DNA of 64,000 bases. Origin: an uncultured delta proteobacterium. Lineage in GTDB: Bacteria > Desulfobacterota > Syntrophia > Syntrophales > UBA5619. The stretch lies in NCBI GenBank assembly GCA_963817385.1, contig CAWFOM010000010.1, positions 160,001-224,000 of the forward strand. The letters run 5' to 3'. Below, in pieces: positions 49,436-59,994 of the stretch. The position numbers and the translations under genes were made by a program. Position 1 is the stretch's first letter; each line of letters starts with the position of its first letter. A model generated the notes under the pieces. That model was not told the origin of the DNA. It did not search any database and saw only the letters and a program-made list of their open reading frames with translations.

Positions 49436-51400
49436 ATGGGTTCGACCTCATCGACAAACAGAGAGATCAGTTGTAGGATCACCCGTACTTTGATTATGTA
49501 TGTCCGGGAGATGAACGGGTCGCTTGGGAACCTATTGACCGGTCTGGAACTGGACGAAGAATACCTTACTGATACGAACAATTGGATCTCACATGAATTT
49601 TTGCATATCCTGTATGCACGAATGATCGACATTCTCGGCGATAAAAATGCCGTGTACAAGATGACGCTGGCGTCAAAACGATTTCAATCCCTGGGCCTTC
49701 TGGACTGGATTGCCCGATTACTGGGACATCCGAAGTTAATCTATATGCAAGCCCCCAAGTACAATAAGCTGCTCAAGACGAACGGAGATGTCTTTATCCA
49801 TGATTCGGGAGAGTCTTGGATGGTTCTAGAAGATCGGTATCATAACAGCTTCCAGAAAACCCGCCACGATTGCGACTACACCCGGGGAGTTCTCGCCGGT
49901 ATTCCAACAATATTCGATATGCCCCTCGCACGCGTCGTGGAGATCGAATGCCAAGTTGCACCCCAAGTTTACGGAGAGAGGATCTGGCCGGATAAGCCCT
50001 CATACGGTAGCAGGGGGTGTCTTTACCGGATCGAATGGGAATCTAAAAAACGACCTCATATCTGGAAACGCATATTTCAACGGTACAGTGTCTATCGAAA
50101 GGCCATTAATGATCTACAAGAAGCTAATCAAATGATCCAGGAAAAATATGATGAAGTAAAAAAAATGGCAATCGCACTGGAAACCACCAACCAAGAGCTC
50201 ACCGAGTCAAAGCATCAGTTGGAAAACTACATGGCTCAGTTGAAGGCCTCAGAGCTTAGATACCGGCTTCTGGCAGAAAATGTGACCGATACGATCTGGA
50301 CAATGAGCTTGGACCCTCTCCGTTTTACTTATGTCAGTCCTTCGGTAGAGCGAATGCGTGGCTATTCGGTGGAAGAGGCTATGGCAATGCCTCTGGAAAA
50401 GACCTTGACACAGGTATCGTTGGAAAGAGTTTCAAAAGCGCTCGAAGAAGAACTTGCCAGAGAGACCGCTGGAAACTTTGACCCGAACAGATCAAAGACC
50501 TTTGAAGTCGAGCAATACTGTAAGGGAGGATCAAGCAGTTGGGCTGAGGTTACAACATCATTTTTACGCGATGAAGAAGGTAAGGCCGTGGGCCTGTTGG
50601 GAGTCACTCGTGATATCTCAGAGCGGAAACGCGCCGATCAGCTTTATCAAGCCAAAGTAGCAGCGGATGCTTCAAACACCGCAAAGAGCGAATTTCTTTC
50701 TCACATGAGCCATGAACTGAGAACGCCATTGAACCATATCATGGGTTTTACTGAGTTGATTTTAGGAAGAAATTTCGGAGATTTGAATGAAACGCAGGAA
50801 GAGTATCTCAAAGACGTTTATCAAAGCAGTCAGCACTTACTCTCTTTGGTCAATGAGATCCTCGATGTATCAAAAATTGAGGCAGGCAAGCTCGAGCTAA
50901 AAAAATCTAAAATAAACTTAAAACAACTACTGGAACAGAGCCTCTCGGTCATAGATAAAGCCGTACATCGAAAGATCCATCTGAAGACAAGCATCAATCA
51001 AATTCCGGATACAATAATAGCCGACGAACTCCGATTAAAACAGATCATTTACAACCTGTTGTCAAATGCCGTGAAGTTTACCGAAGATGACGGGGAAATT
51101 TGCCTGATTGCCCGAAATACGACGGAGACCGAAGCAGGCGTTCCATCGGATTCTGTAGCCATCCGAAAAGAGGTGGTGATAAGCGTCGTTGATACCGGTA
51201 TCGGCATTCGAAAAGAGGACATTGAAAAAATATTCGAACCCTTTTCCCAGTTGGAAAGTTCATTAAGTCGAAGATATCACGGTACCGGGTTAGGCCTAGG
51301 CCTAACCCGGAGCCTCGTTGAAATGCATGGTGGCAGGATATGGGCAGAAAGTGACGGCCCCGGGAAGGGATCAGCATTTCGATTCACATTGCCGATTTAG
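49436..51400 (+). CDS. Soluble sensor histidine kinase: V4R-like N-terminal domain, coiled coil, PAS, HisKA, HATPase
   Basis: SHELRTPL H-box, NLLSNAVKFT, DTGIGI, GTGLGL; PAS YVSPS...GYS...RDISERK; N-terminal C.YTRG...VVEIEC...GCLYRIEW. Confidence 0.9.
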   Translation: MGSTSSTNREISCRITRTLIMYVREMNGSLGNLLTGLELDEEYLTDTNNWISHEFLHILYARMIDILGDKNAVYKMTLASKRFQSLGLLDWIARLLGHPKLIYMQAPKYNKLLKTNGDVFIHDSGESWMVLEDRYHNSFQKTRHDCDYTRGVLAGIPTIFDMPLARVVEIECQVAPQVYGERIWPDKPSYGSRGCLYRIEWESKKRPHIWKRIFQRYSVYRKAINDLQEANQMIQEKYDEVKKMAIALETTNQELTESKHQLENYMAQLKASELRYRLLAENVTDTIWTMSLDPLRFTYVSPSVERMRGYSVEEAMAMPLEKTLTQVSLERVSKALEEELARETAGNFDPNRSKTFEVEQYCKGGSSSWAEVTTSFLRDEEGKAVGLLGVTRDISERKRADQLYQAKVAADASNTAKSEFLSHMSHELRTPLNHIMGFTELILGRNFGDLNETQEEYLKDVYQSSQHLLSLVNEILDVSKIEAGKLELKKSKINLKQLLEQSLSVIDKAVHRKIHLKTSINQIPDTIIADELRLKQIIYNLLSNAVKFTEDDGEICLIARNTTETEAGVPSDSVAIRKEVVISVVDTGIGIRKEDIEKIFEPFSQLESSLSRRYHGTGLGLGLTRSLVEMHGGRIWAESDGPGKGSAFRFTLPI

Positions 51401-51511
51401 CGATAAGCTCGAAATTACCGAAGGGAGAAGTGTTCCGTATAATCTTGTTATTTCCCTAGTATTTTAGTATTGATCGCTACTGAAGGTACAACTGAAACAT
51501 AAGGGTTGGCC

Positions 51512-51919
51512 ATGGAAGAAAAAACTATTCTGGTAATCGAAGACAACGAAATGAACATGAAACTCATGAGGGCTGTTCTCCGGGCGGGCAAGTATCGGAT
51601 GCTGGAAGCTCCTGACGCAGAAACCGGACTTTGCTTAGTGCGAGAGCACCATCCAGATCTTATTCTTATGGATATACAGCTTCCCTCTATGGATGGTTTG
51701 TGTGCAACCAAAATCATTAAAGCAGATCCCAACTTAAAGGATATTCCCATATTTGCCCTAACCGGGTTTGCGATGGAAAGCGATAAAGAGAAGGCCATGG
51801 ATATCGGGCTTGCGGGTTATATTGTTAAGCCCTTTTCTGTTAAAATGCTACTCGAGACTCTTGGAAATCATTTCAACTACCATACGATGGAGAAAAGACA
51901 CGTCGATCATAAAACTTAA
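51512..51919 (+). CDS. Single-domain response regulator (DivK-like)
   Basis: LVIEDN, PDLILMDIQLPSMDG, ALT, YIVKPF. Confidence 0.92.
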   Translation: MEEKTILVIEDNEMNMKLMRAVLRAGKYRMLEAPDAETGLCLVREHHPDLILMDIQLPSMDGLCATKIIKADPNLKDIPIFALTGFAMESDKEKAMDIGLAGYIVKPFSVKMLLETLGNHFNYHTMEKRHVDHKT

Positions 51920-51968
51920 ACAATCAAAGGGGTTGCATAATCAATCATTTCATATATCGGTCTTAAAT

Positions 51969-52637
51969 TTAAGCACTGATGTTCCGCCAGCGTTCGGATG
52001 CGATATCCGCAACACAATCGGTGGGGGCTCTCTGCAGGATACCCATTGTCCGGACCATCGGAAGTTCCCGGAATAGACCGGAAGCAAGGGCCAACTGGTA
52101 GATGCAGCGGGGAGCCTGACCTCCCAATGCAGGATTTAAAAAAACATCGTGGACGATAAGATAACCGCCCGAGAGGAGATATGATATCCAACAGTTGTAA
52201 TCGGTATATACCGTCTCAAAGGAGTGGCCACCGTCGATAAAGATCAGACTGAGCGGGGTTCTCCAGAAACGTGCAGCGACATCGGACCGCGAGACGATAG
52301 GAACGACAGTATCGTCAAGGGACAGCTCTTGGAGGGTCTTTCGGAAAAAGGGGAATGTGTCTATCCGGCCCGTTGCCGGATCCAAGAGTTCAGGGTCATA
52401 ATATTCTCCACCAGGCTGCTGCTCTTCAGATCCCTGGTGATGATCGATGGAAAAGAGGATTCCTCCTGCTTCCTGGCACCCTAGCCCCAAATAGGCCGAA
52501 GAACGGCCACAGTAACTGCCTATTTCCAGACAAGGACCTTGGCGGGCAGCTTCTCGCGCCAGTTCATACAGTCGGGCTGCCTCATCGTCAGCCATGAATC
52601 CTTTAAACGTCCTTTCCTTCAATTTATTGACATCCAT
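51969..52637 (-). CDS. Class I SAM-dependent methyltransferase (Methyltransf_24-like)
   Basis: KGFM..DE, LEIGSYCGRS, IDHHQGSEE, FIDGGHS, VHDVF. Confidence 0.88.
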   Translation of the reverse strand: MDVNKLKERTFKGFMADDEAARLYELAREAARQGPCLEIGSYCGRSSAYLGLGCQEAGGILFSIDHHQGSEEQQPGGEYYDPELLDPATGRIDTFPFFRKTLQELSLDDTVVPIVSRSDVAARFWRTPLSLIFIDGGHSFETVYTDYNCWISYLLSGGYLIVHDVFLNPALGGQAPRCIYQLALASGLFRELPMVRTMGILQRAPTDCVADIASERWRNISA

Positions 52638-53175
52638 TATCCAGTACCCCTCGGTATTCCAGCGGGACGACTGCATTTATGTACATATATATATACAATC
52701 CCCCCCTGCAAAAGGCAAGGATGATGATCTGATGAGTGTAGAACAGCCAGATCCGTCACCCTGATGCTTGGCATTCGGAAGAACGAACCGGCTAGATACA
52801 ACTCTTGTCAATGGAACCATAGAACCACGAATGGAGGCAAAGCACAGGCGGTCGGACAATGCGAGATGGACTGCGTACAGAAGGTGCTGGTGGATATACC
52901 CACCAGCTTGGAAGCACCTACCATAATTCTTCCCGCGATGCGTGAATGAAGAGTCCCTTGCTTACCTAGCCTCAGCGGCTCTTGCAAACAACCGCCTCAT
53001 ACACGAACTCGGTAGTCTGAGGAATCAATTTTCTCGGATGATGAAATGAAAGAACTACACATTGCCATCTGGTTTCATGAAGCAGGAAGACGGGAGAGTT
53101 GTCGCAGTGGACGTGAAAACGGGTCGGAAGCAGCATTGATGTGTTGATAATGAATAGAATCGGATATATAATGAT

Positions 53176-54594
53176 TCAACGCTTCAGCGATTCAATCTCC
53201 TTGATGATTTCTCGCGACCGGATTATCTCCGGTGGAAAATACTTTAATGCGGTCTTAAAATGAAAAAGGGCACTGTCCGGTTTCCCCTTTTTCTTAAAGT
53301 AAAGGCCGAAATAGTAATGCGAATCCCCCATCTGCTTTGCTTTGCCGTACGCCATGGCTAGATTGTAGAAGACCTCCTGGTCGTCCAGATGTTTTTCCTC
53401 GAGCTTCTTGTAAAGTCTGAGCGCATTTGGCAGATCGTCTCGGGATTCGAATGTCCTTCCCAGGTAGAGGATAGTATCGGGGTCGTTTTCATTAAGTCGG
53501 AGTGCACTGTCCAGATAGAGAGAGGCGTTAGTCATTTGTCCAAGTTTGAAGAAGGTGATCCCCAGATCCCGGAGGATGTCTGCATCATCCGGGGCAAGAT
53601 TCAGAGCCTTGCGGAAAGTATCGAGAGACTCCTGCACCATCCCCAGTTTCTCTTGTGTGACTGCCAGACCGTAGAGGGCATCAACATCCCTGGGATTATC
53701 ATCGAGGATCTTTTGGAAATGCTGGAGATTGGACGTTTCGGGACTCTTGCTATCAAGTAGAAGTATCGTCTGAATCCGCTTTAGATGTCCAATGATACTG
53801 TACACACCTTTTCGGGTGTAGGTGGTCTGAATCAAAGCGTCAATATACCTGGTTCTTTCATCAGTACCGGGGTGGGTAAGAAAATATGAGGGTATGGCGT
53901 TAGAGTAGTATTCATATCGTCTCATGATCTTCAGAAAATCGAGCATAGCACTACCGCTATATCCAGCTTTAACAAGGTATGAGATGCCCATTCTATCTGC
54001 GGCCTCCTCCTGTTCTCGGCTATATTTCAGAGAAAGAGTCGTGGCCGTGGCCATCGTGAAGCTAGTTACTGCCGCGGTGACATCACCGCTACCTCCAAGA
54101 AAAGCACCTGCCAGAATGGCTGCAAGCGCAGAGATGCCAATTTTCTGGGATCTGTCGACAATCTCGGCGATGTGCCTGGCGTTGACATGGGCGATTTCAT
54201 GGGCAAGAACACCCGCCAGTTCGCCTTCATCCTCAACAAGGGTAAGCAACCCCTGATTGACATAGACATAACCTCCAGGGGTAGCAAAGGCGTTGATCGC
54301 CGAGCTACGGATGATAGAAAATTTAAAATCAAAAGGCGCCTTGTCGCTGTGAGCAAGGATACGTTCGCCTACCAGACTGAGGAAGGTATTAGCCCGTTCA
54401 TTCTGCGAGAGAGTGTTTGCCTTTTCGAGTTTTTCATAAAATTCCCTGCCCAGCTTTTTTTCATCGTCGAGTGAAAAAGATGCTCTGGCCGTTCCCGCAA
54501 GCAACTCCGCCAGTGAGAAAAGGAAAATAAATATAAACAGAAGTGAAATTGCTAATTTTCTCTTTTGATTAATCGAAATCACATTTATACTCAT
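53176..54594 (-). CDS. M48 family metalloprotease with TPRs (BepA/YfgC-like)
   Basis: INAFATPGG, HEIAH, YSREQEEAAD, YFLTHP, C-terminal TPRs. Confidence 0.92.
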   Translation of the reverse strand: MSINVISINQKRKLAISLLFIFIFLFSLAELLAGTARASFSLDDEKKLGREFYEKLEKANTLSQNERANTFLSLVGERILAHSDKAPFDFKFSIIRSSAINAFATPGGYVYVNQGLLTLVEDEGELAGVLAHEIAHVNARHIAEIVDRSQKIGISALAAILAGAFLGGSGDVTAAVTSFTMATATTLSLKYSREQEEAADRMGISYLVKAGYSGSAMLDFLKIMRRYEYYSNAIPSYFLTHPGTDERTRYIDALIQTTYTRKGVYSIIGHLKRIQTILLLDSKSPETSNLQHFQKILDDNPRDVDALYGLAVTQEKLGMVQESLDTFRKALNLAPDDADILRDLGITFFKLGQMTNASLYLDSALRLNENDPDTILYLGRTFESRDDLPNALRLYKKLEEKHLDDQEVFYNLAMAYGKAKQMGDSHYYFGLYFKKKGKPDSALFHFKTALKYFPPEIIRSREIIKEIESLKR

Positions 54595-55019
54595 ATCGTA
54601 AGGGAATACTCTGTAAAAGGCTTCTCTGCCTAATTTCCATGCTAAACATCATATCTTTTTTTCGGTATGCAATCAAGATAACATTCAGACCCGAAACTGC
54701 GTAAAGAGCGGTTATGTTACATCAAGAGAATGATTAGGCAATCCCCATATTGTGTGGTATAGGACCGAGAAGAAAATGAGGGCAAAAAACATTGAAGCGA
54801 GCGTTGATTCACACAAGAAAGATCATGGTGAACTATTACGAAACCGATAAAGAGCGACTGATCATTATACGTACGTGGCGCGAAGATGGCCCTTTTGTAG
54901 ATACAGCACCGAAGTGCCGCGGAACACGAAAGGAGACGTAGAGGAACGAGGGAGGATCCGCTATAACGAAAATCTCCTTCCTGAAAAAATTGATGAAACC
55001 CTTGAAAGGAAATTCGTTC

Positions 55020-55697
55020 ATGAACAATAAGCCAGTCATAACCATAGACGGTCCAGCGGGAGCAGGTAAAAGCACGATAAGTCGACAGCTTGCGGAACGT
55101 CTTTGCTTTATCTATCTGGACACTGGCGCTCTTTATCGGGCAGTGGCATTCAAGCTCATCCGCCGGGGTTTTTCGGGAAATGAAATGCAAATCAATAGTC
55201 TTTACCAGGATATGAAGGTAACTTTTAAAAAAAGGGAAGACCAACTCCATGTATTCGTAGACGACGAGGATGTAACCGGAAAACTCCGGACAGAGGAGAT
55301 CGGCCTTCTGGCGTCGAGGGTTTCTGCCATGCCGGTGGTTCGCGAAGCGCTTTTGTCAGTGCAACGCGATATAGCCAAAGACGGAGGGGTAGTGGCTGAA
55401 GGCCGGGATATGGGAACAATCGTCTTTCCGGATGCGGAGATCAAATTTTTTCTCGATGCATCCGTTAAAGAAAGGGCTGGAAGGCGACATCGTGAATTGC
55501 TCGGACGGGGCGAGTTAACCTGCCTTCGGAATGTAGAAAACGACATACTCCTCCGGGATCGTCAGGACCGGGAGCGCTCCATTGCCCCACTCCGTCCATC
55601 TCATGATGCGGTAGTAATCGATTCCACGGATAAAACAATTTCACAAGTAATCGATATCATGATGGGTATCATAGATAATATCTGGCATGATCATTAA
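55020..55697 (+). CDS. cmk: Cytidylate kinase
   Basis: ITIDGPAGAGKST, YLDTGALYR, VAEGRDMGT, RDRQD, IDST; upstream of rpsA. Confidence 0.95.
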   Translation: MNNKPVITIDGPAGAGKSTISRQLAERLCFIYLDTGALYRAVAFKLIRRGFSGNEMQINSLYQDMKVTFKKREDQLHVFVDDEDVTGKLRTEEIGLLASRVSAMPVVREALLSVQRDIAKDGGVVAEGRDMGTIVFPDAEIKFFLDASVKERAGRRHRELLGRGELTCLRNVENDILLRDRQDRERSIAPLRPSHDAVVIDSTDKTISQVIDIMMGIIDNIWHDH

Positions 55698-55829
55698 TGG
55701 CAAAAATGGCAAAGAAAAGACTATAAATACTGCGCATTTTTACCTGAATTTGCTTGATATTTTAAAATCAGTGTGTTAGATGCATCTTCTATTTAGTAAA
55801 ACATAAAAATTACAGGGGGTATTGGTTTA

Positions 55830-57599
55830 ATGGTTAACGATGACAACTTAATCTCAGATCAAAATGCAAGTAAGACAACCAATGTTGAACAGACGGAGAA
55901 CCCTTCCCATGATTCGTCACAGGGGAAGGATGAAAATGTAGAATTCAAGGAGCTTTACGAACAGAGCCTACAGTCCGTTCAAATGGGCGGTGTTTTAACC
56001 GGTAGGGTTGTACAGATAAATGCTGACTCCGTTATGGTCGATGTCGGCTGGAAAACGGAAGGATATATTCCGGCAAGAGAATTAAGGGATGAGCAGGGAA
56101 ATATCACTGTCAATGTCGGCGATGAGATCGAGATTCTCGTTGATCGCAGAGATCAGGATGGGAACCTCATTTTGTCAAGAGACAAAGCTGCCAAAATCAA
56201 GATTTGGGATGATGTGAAATCGGCCTGTGAGCAGAATACCCCCGTTAACGGAATCGTGATCGAAAGGGTGAAGGGAGGGCTGTCTGTTGATATCGGTATC
56301 CCCGCTTTTCTCCCCGGCTCTCAGGTGGATATCCGTCCGGTGCGAGATCTGGACCGGTATGTAGGACAGTCGTTTCTGTTCAATGTCCTCAAGTACGACC
56401 GGAAGAGAAATAATGTCGTACTGTCGAGGCGGACCATTCTGGAAAAGGAACGTGAAGCCGAAAAACACGATACACTTAAGAATATAGAAGAGGGGAAAAT
56501 CGTTGAAGGTGTGATCAAGAACATTACCGACTATGGTCTGTTCATTGATCTGGGCGGAATCGACGGACTGCTTCATGTGACTGACATCTCTTGGGGGAGG
56601 ATTACGCGTCCTTCCGATCATTTTTCCAAGGGAGAAAAGATCAGGGTCAAAGTGCTGTCGTTCGACCGTGAAAAGGAGCGGGTCGCCCTTGGCCTCAAAC
56701 AATTGTCGTCAAACCCATGGGAGACGATCAAGGAAAAATACCCCATTAATTCAGTCGTTGAGGGGAAAGTCGTCAATCTAACTGACTACGGTGTTTTTGT
56801 GGAAATTGAGCCGGGGGTGGAAGGTCTGATCCATGTCTCCGAGATGTTCTGGACAAGAGAAATCCGACACCCCTCCAAAGTGTTGTCAGTTGACCAGAAG
56901 ATCAACGTCATGATCCTCGATATCAATATCGATACGAAACGCATTTCCCTTGGTCTGAAACAGACCACGGCGAATCCATGGGAAACCCTGAAGCAGAAGT
57001 ATCCGGAAGGGAGTGTTATCAAGGGAATCATAAGAAATATCACTAATTTCGGTATATTCGTGGGTGTGGAAGAAGGAATAGACGGCCTCATTCATATGTC
57101 CGACATTTCTTGGAAACAGCGAGTTAAGCACCCTTCCGAGATGTTTAAGAAAGGTCAGGAAATCGAGGTGATGGTACTCAACATCGATGTTGAGCATGAA
57201 AAGTTTTCTCTCGGTCTCAAGCAAATCGAAAAAAATCCATGGGAGGAGCTGAGTGTCAAATATCCATCCGGATCGATTGTAACGGGCAAGGTAACGAACA
57301 TTACGGACTTCGGGATCTTCGTTGAAATTGAAGAGGGCATCGAAGGCCTCGTCCATATATCCGAATTAAGTTCGAGACGGGTAAAATCGTCAGCAGAATT
57401 GTTCTCCGTAGGAGATAGCGTGTCTGCCATCGTGAAAAACGTCGATCCAAAGAGCCGAAAAATTCGTCTGAGCATCAAGGATTACGAAGCAGGTTCGGAA
57501 GGAACCTCTGTCCATCAGTACCTCAACAACAAGGAAAATATCGGGTCCAATCTAAGCAAGGCGCTGGCCGATGTCAAGATCATGGATACGGATGAATAG
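55830..57599 (+). CDS. rpsA: 30S ribosomal protein S1
   Basis: Six S1 repeats (AFLPGSQVD, DGLLHVTDISW, EGLIHVSE and similar). Confidence 0.97.
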   Translation: MVNDDNLISDQNASKTTNVEQTENPSHDSSQGKDENVEFKELYEQSLQSVQMGGVLTGRVVQINADSVMVDVGWKTEGYIPARELRDEQGNITVNVGDEIEILVDRRDQDGNLILSRDKAAKIKIWDDVKSACEQNTPVNGIVIERVKGGLSVDIGIPAFLPGSQVDIRPVRDLDRYVGQSFLFNVLKYDRKRNNVVLSRRTILEKEREAEKHDTLKNIEEGKIVEGVIKNITDYGLFIDLGGIDGLLHVTDISWGRITRPSDHFSKGEKIRVKVLSFDREKERVALGLKQLSSNPWETIKEKYPINSVVEGKVVNLTDYGVFVEIEPGVEGLIHVSEMFWTREIRHPSKVLSVDQKINVMILDINIDTKRISLGLKQTTANPWETLKQKYPEGSVIKGIIRNITNFGIFVGVEEGIDGLIHMSDISWKQRVKHPSEMFKKGQEIEVMVLNIDVEHEKFSLGLKQIEKNPWEELSVKYPSGSIVTGKVTNITDFGIFVEIEEGIEGLVHISELSSRRVKSSAELFSVGDSVSAIVKNVDPKSRKIRLSIKDYEAGSEGTSVHQYLNNKENIGSNLSKALADVKIMDTDE

Positions 57600-57617
57600 A
57601 TAGTCTGAGATCAGGCC

Positions 57618-58505
57618 ATGCGAAGACACCCCGTCATTTTAGGGATCTGTATATTGCTCTTTATCGGGATCGTCTTTTTTATTCTGCTATATGTACTGGA
57701 TTTATTCAAAGGAACGGGAAGCTCCTTACGCCTTCGCGAAAAAATCGGTGTGGTCCAGATAGAAGGAATCATCGCAGATACCCGAGAAATTATTGATCAG
57801 CTTGACGAGTTTTCCAATGATGACGCTATACGGGCAGTTGTCTTGAGGATTGATTCGCCGGGCGGTGGTGTTGCACCCTCACAGGAAATCTACCAAGCTG
57901 TGCATGAGCTGAGGAAAAAGAAGAGGGTGGTGGCATCTATGGGATCCGTAGCGGCTTCGGGTGGATACCTGATTGCCACTGCCACAGAAAAGATTATTGC
58001 AAACCCCGGGACCATCACTGGTAGCATCTCAGCAGTTATGCATTTTGCAGATATCCAGGAACTTATGAAGAAGGTCGGTGTCCGATCATCTGTCGTCAAA
58101 AGCGGAAAATTCAAAGATATCGGTTCCCCTGCCCGGGAAATGACGACCGAGGAGCGGCAACTGATTCAAGGAATTGTAAATGACATCTACGATCAGTTTG
58201 TTCAGACGATCGCTGAAAACCGAAAAATTCCTCTCGAAAAAATCCACGAGATAGCCGATGGAAGAATCTTTTCCGGACGGCAGGCCCTAAATCTGAAACT
58301 TGTAGATGAACTGGGAGGGCTTCAGGATTCCATTCTTCTAGCAGGCAGATTATCGGGGATTAAGGGGAAACCTGACGTTATTTATGCTACGAAGAAAAAA
58401 ACAAGCCTTTTAAAATTTATCATGGAAAACCTAGCATCCGTCGTATCGGGAGAAATACGAAGCAGTTCATCAGAGTCACAGGGCGCATTGTTTCTTTTAC
58501 AATAG
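57618..58505 (+). CDS. sppA: Signal peptide peptidase SppA (S49, short form)
   Basis: RIDSPGG, ASMGSVAASGGY, TITGSI, KSGKFKD, ADGRIFSG. Confidence 0.93.
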   Translation: MRRHPVILGICILLFIGIVFFILLYVLDLFKGTGSSLRLREKIGVVQIEGIIADTREIIDQLDEFSNDDAIRAVVLRIDSPGGGVAPSQEIYQAVHELRKKKRVVASMGSVAASGGYLIATATEKIIANPGTITGSISAVMHFADIQELMKKVGVRSSVVKSGKFKDIGSPAREMTTEERQLIQGIVNDIYDQFVQTIAENRKIPLEKIHEIADGRIFSGRQALNLKLVDELGGLQDSILLAGRLSGIKGKPDVIYATKKKTSLLKFIMENLASVVSGEIRSSSSESQGALFLLQ

Positions 58506-58793
58506 TAGCAGATCATGACCAATAGCGAATGCATCAGTAATACGAAGGAACTTTTTCGGATTATCCCGGTATGATGTTAAGCTTACCGCAAATACCTTTT
58601 TTCTGCATTCGCGTATAATATCATGAACGGCAAGGCAAAGAAAAAGACATGGGTCGATTTTAGAATCTTGACACTTCAGATGAAGGCGTCGTAAAGCGTC
58701 CAGGAATCCCAAAGCCGGTCGACAGGTCGATCACATACCAAAGCGGTCAGATTCGTTGCAGTTCAGTTTTAATGGGAGGTTGAACATTCCATC

Positions 58794-59561
58794 ATGGCAT
58801 ACCGAACGATTCTGGTAGAAAAGTGTGATGGATATTCAATAGTCACGATGCATCGTCCCCGTGAAATGAATGCTCTGTCTTTCGAGATGCGCACTGAGCT
58901 GGAGGATTGTTTCGCCAGCCTGGAAGATAACAAGGACGTTCGCGTTATCATTTTGACCGGAGGGGATTATGTATTCTCCGCAGGAATGGACCTCAAAGAG
59001 ATGTCAACACTCCCCGATGCGGACATCAACGATTTTTTCCGTTCGGTTACCAAGTATATGAAAAGGATCTATAACTGCAAAAAGCCCGTCATTGCCGCTG
59101 TAGGTGGTATTGCACTCGGCGGAGGGTTTAATCTTGTAACCTTCTGCGATCTGATCGTCGCATCGGAAAGCGCCATATTTGGTCATCCCGAGTTGATTTT
59201 CGGCCTTAATCCTCTGTTCAATCCTCTTCGGCAGATAGTGGGAGTTGCTAAGGCAAAAGAGATTACAATGTTAGGTCAACCAATCGGCGCCAAGGAGGCG
59301 CTCCGTATCGGTCTCGTCAACAAGGTTGCCACGCCCGAGAATTTGATGGTTGAGGCTAAGTCTATCGCCCAGGAGCTTGCAAAAAGGTCACCAAAAGCCA
59401 TAGAGGCCATCAAAAGGATTTCCGATATAGCTCCTCGCCTTGATAAGGGTTCTGCGCTTGATCTTGAGCAGGACGTGGAGGCGCTCCTTTTTTCCAGTGA
59501 AGATAGAAAGGAGCATATGAATGACTTTATGAAAGCGCTGAAAAACAGAAAAAGCAAATAG
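58794..59561 (+). CDS. Enoyl-CoA hydratase/isomerase family protein
   Basis: RP..MNAL, FSAGMDL, KPVIAAV.G.ALGGG, FGHPE. Confidence 0.92.
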   Translation: MAYRTILVEKCDGYSIVTMHRPREMNALSFEMRTELEDCFASLEDNKDVRVIILTGGDYVFSAGMDLKEMSTLPDADINDFFRSVTKYMKRIYNCKKPVIAAVGGIALGGGFNLVTFCDLIVASESAIFGHPELIFGLNPLFNPLRQIVGVAKAKEITMLGQPIGAKEALRIGLVNKVATPENLMVEAKSIAQELAKRSPKAIEAIKRISDIAPRLDKGSALDLEQDVEALLFSSEDRKEHMNDFMKALKNRKSK

Positions 59562-59612
59562 AAACCACGATCGCCCTGTAGCAATCTTCATATCTATACG
59601 GGGAAAGGCAAG

Positions 59613-59897
59613 TCAAATCATATCCCACTCATTGTCGGGTGATGCAAAATCACGCAACTGATCTCTTCTCTTTTTGTGCTGCAACTTTTTGAGCGCCTTT
59701 GCCTCGATCTGTCTTATTCTTTCTCGGGTTACCCCCATCATTTCACCAACTTCTTCAAGGGTAAAGGGGCCAAAATTACAGGCAACCCATGTGCAATTGA
59801 AAAAAGATTCGTTCTTCAGGCGCCACTCACAGGTCGTATCCTGACAGATTTCGGTTATAAAATAGCCCCTTTTCTTGCATTTATAAAGAGTATTCAA
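59613..59897 (-). CDS. Stand-alone sigma70 region-4 HTH protein with Cys-rich N-terminus
   Basis: [27 protein letters not shown] closely matches RpoD region 4.2; five Cys in the first 40 residues; AAGGAG RBS, TTG start. Confidence 0.85.
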   Translation of the reverse strand: MNTLYKCKKRGYFITEICQDTTCEWRLKNESFFNCTWVACNFGPFTLEEVGEMMGVTRERIRQIEAKALKKLQHKKRRDQLRDFASPDNEWDMI

Positions 59898-59994
59898 AGA
59901 TCCGTCTCCTTTATTATTTCAAGTATTGTAAAGTATGAATCGTTCCTTTGTTTGTCAATGATAAAAAAAACCGGAAGAAAACCCATTTGAAACC

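Noticed and set aside
47556..52000. Intact prophage or ICE at tRNA-Val
   Set aside because: No integrase, phage or conjugation genes and no attR copy of the tRNA 3' end.
52728..52800. CTGATGAG resembling a hammerhead ribozyme core
   Set aside because: No stem II followed by GAAA and no closing stems could be found.
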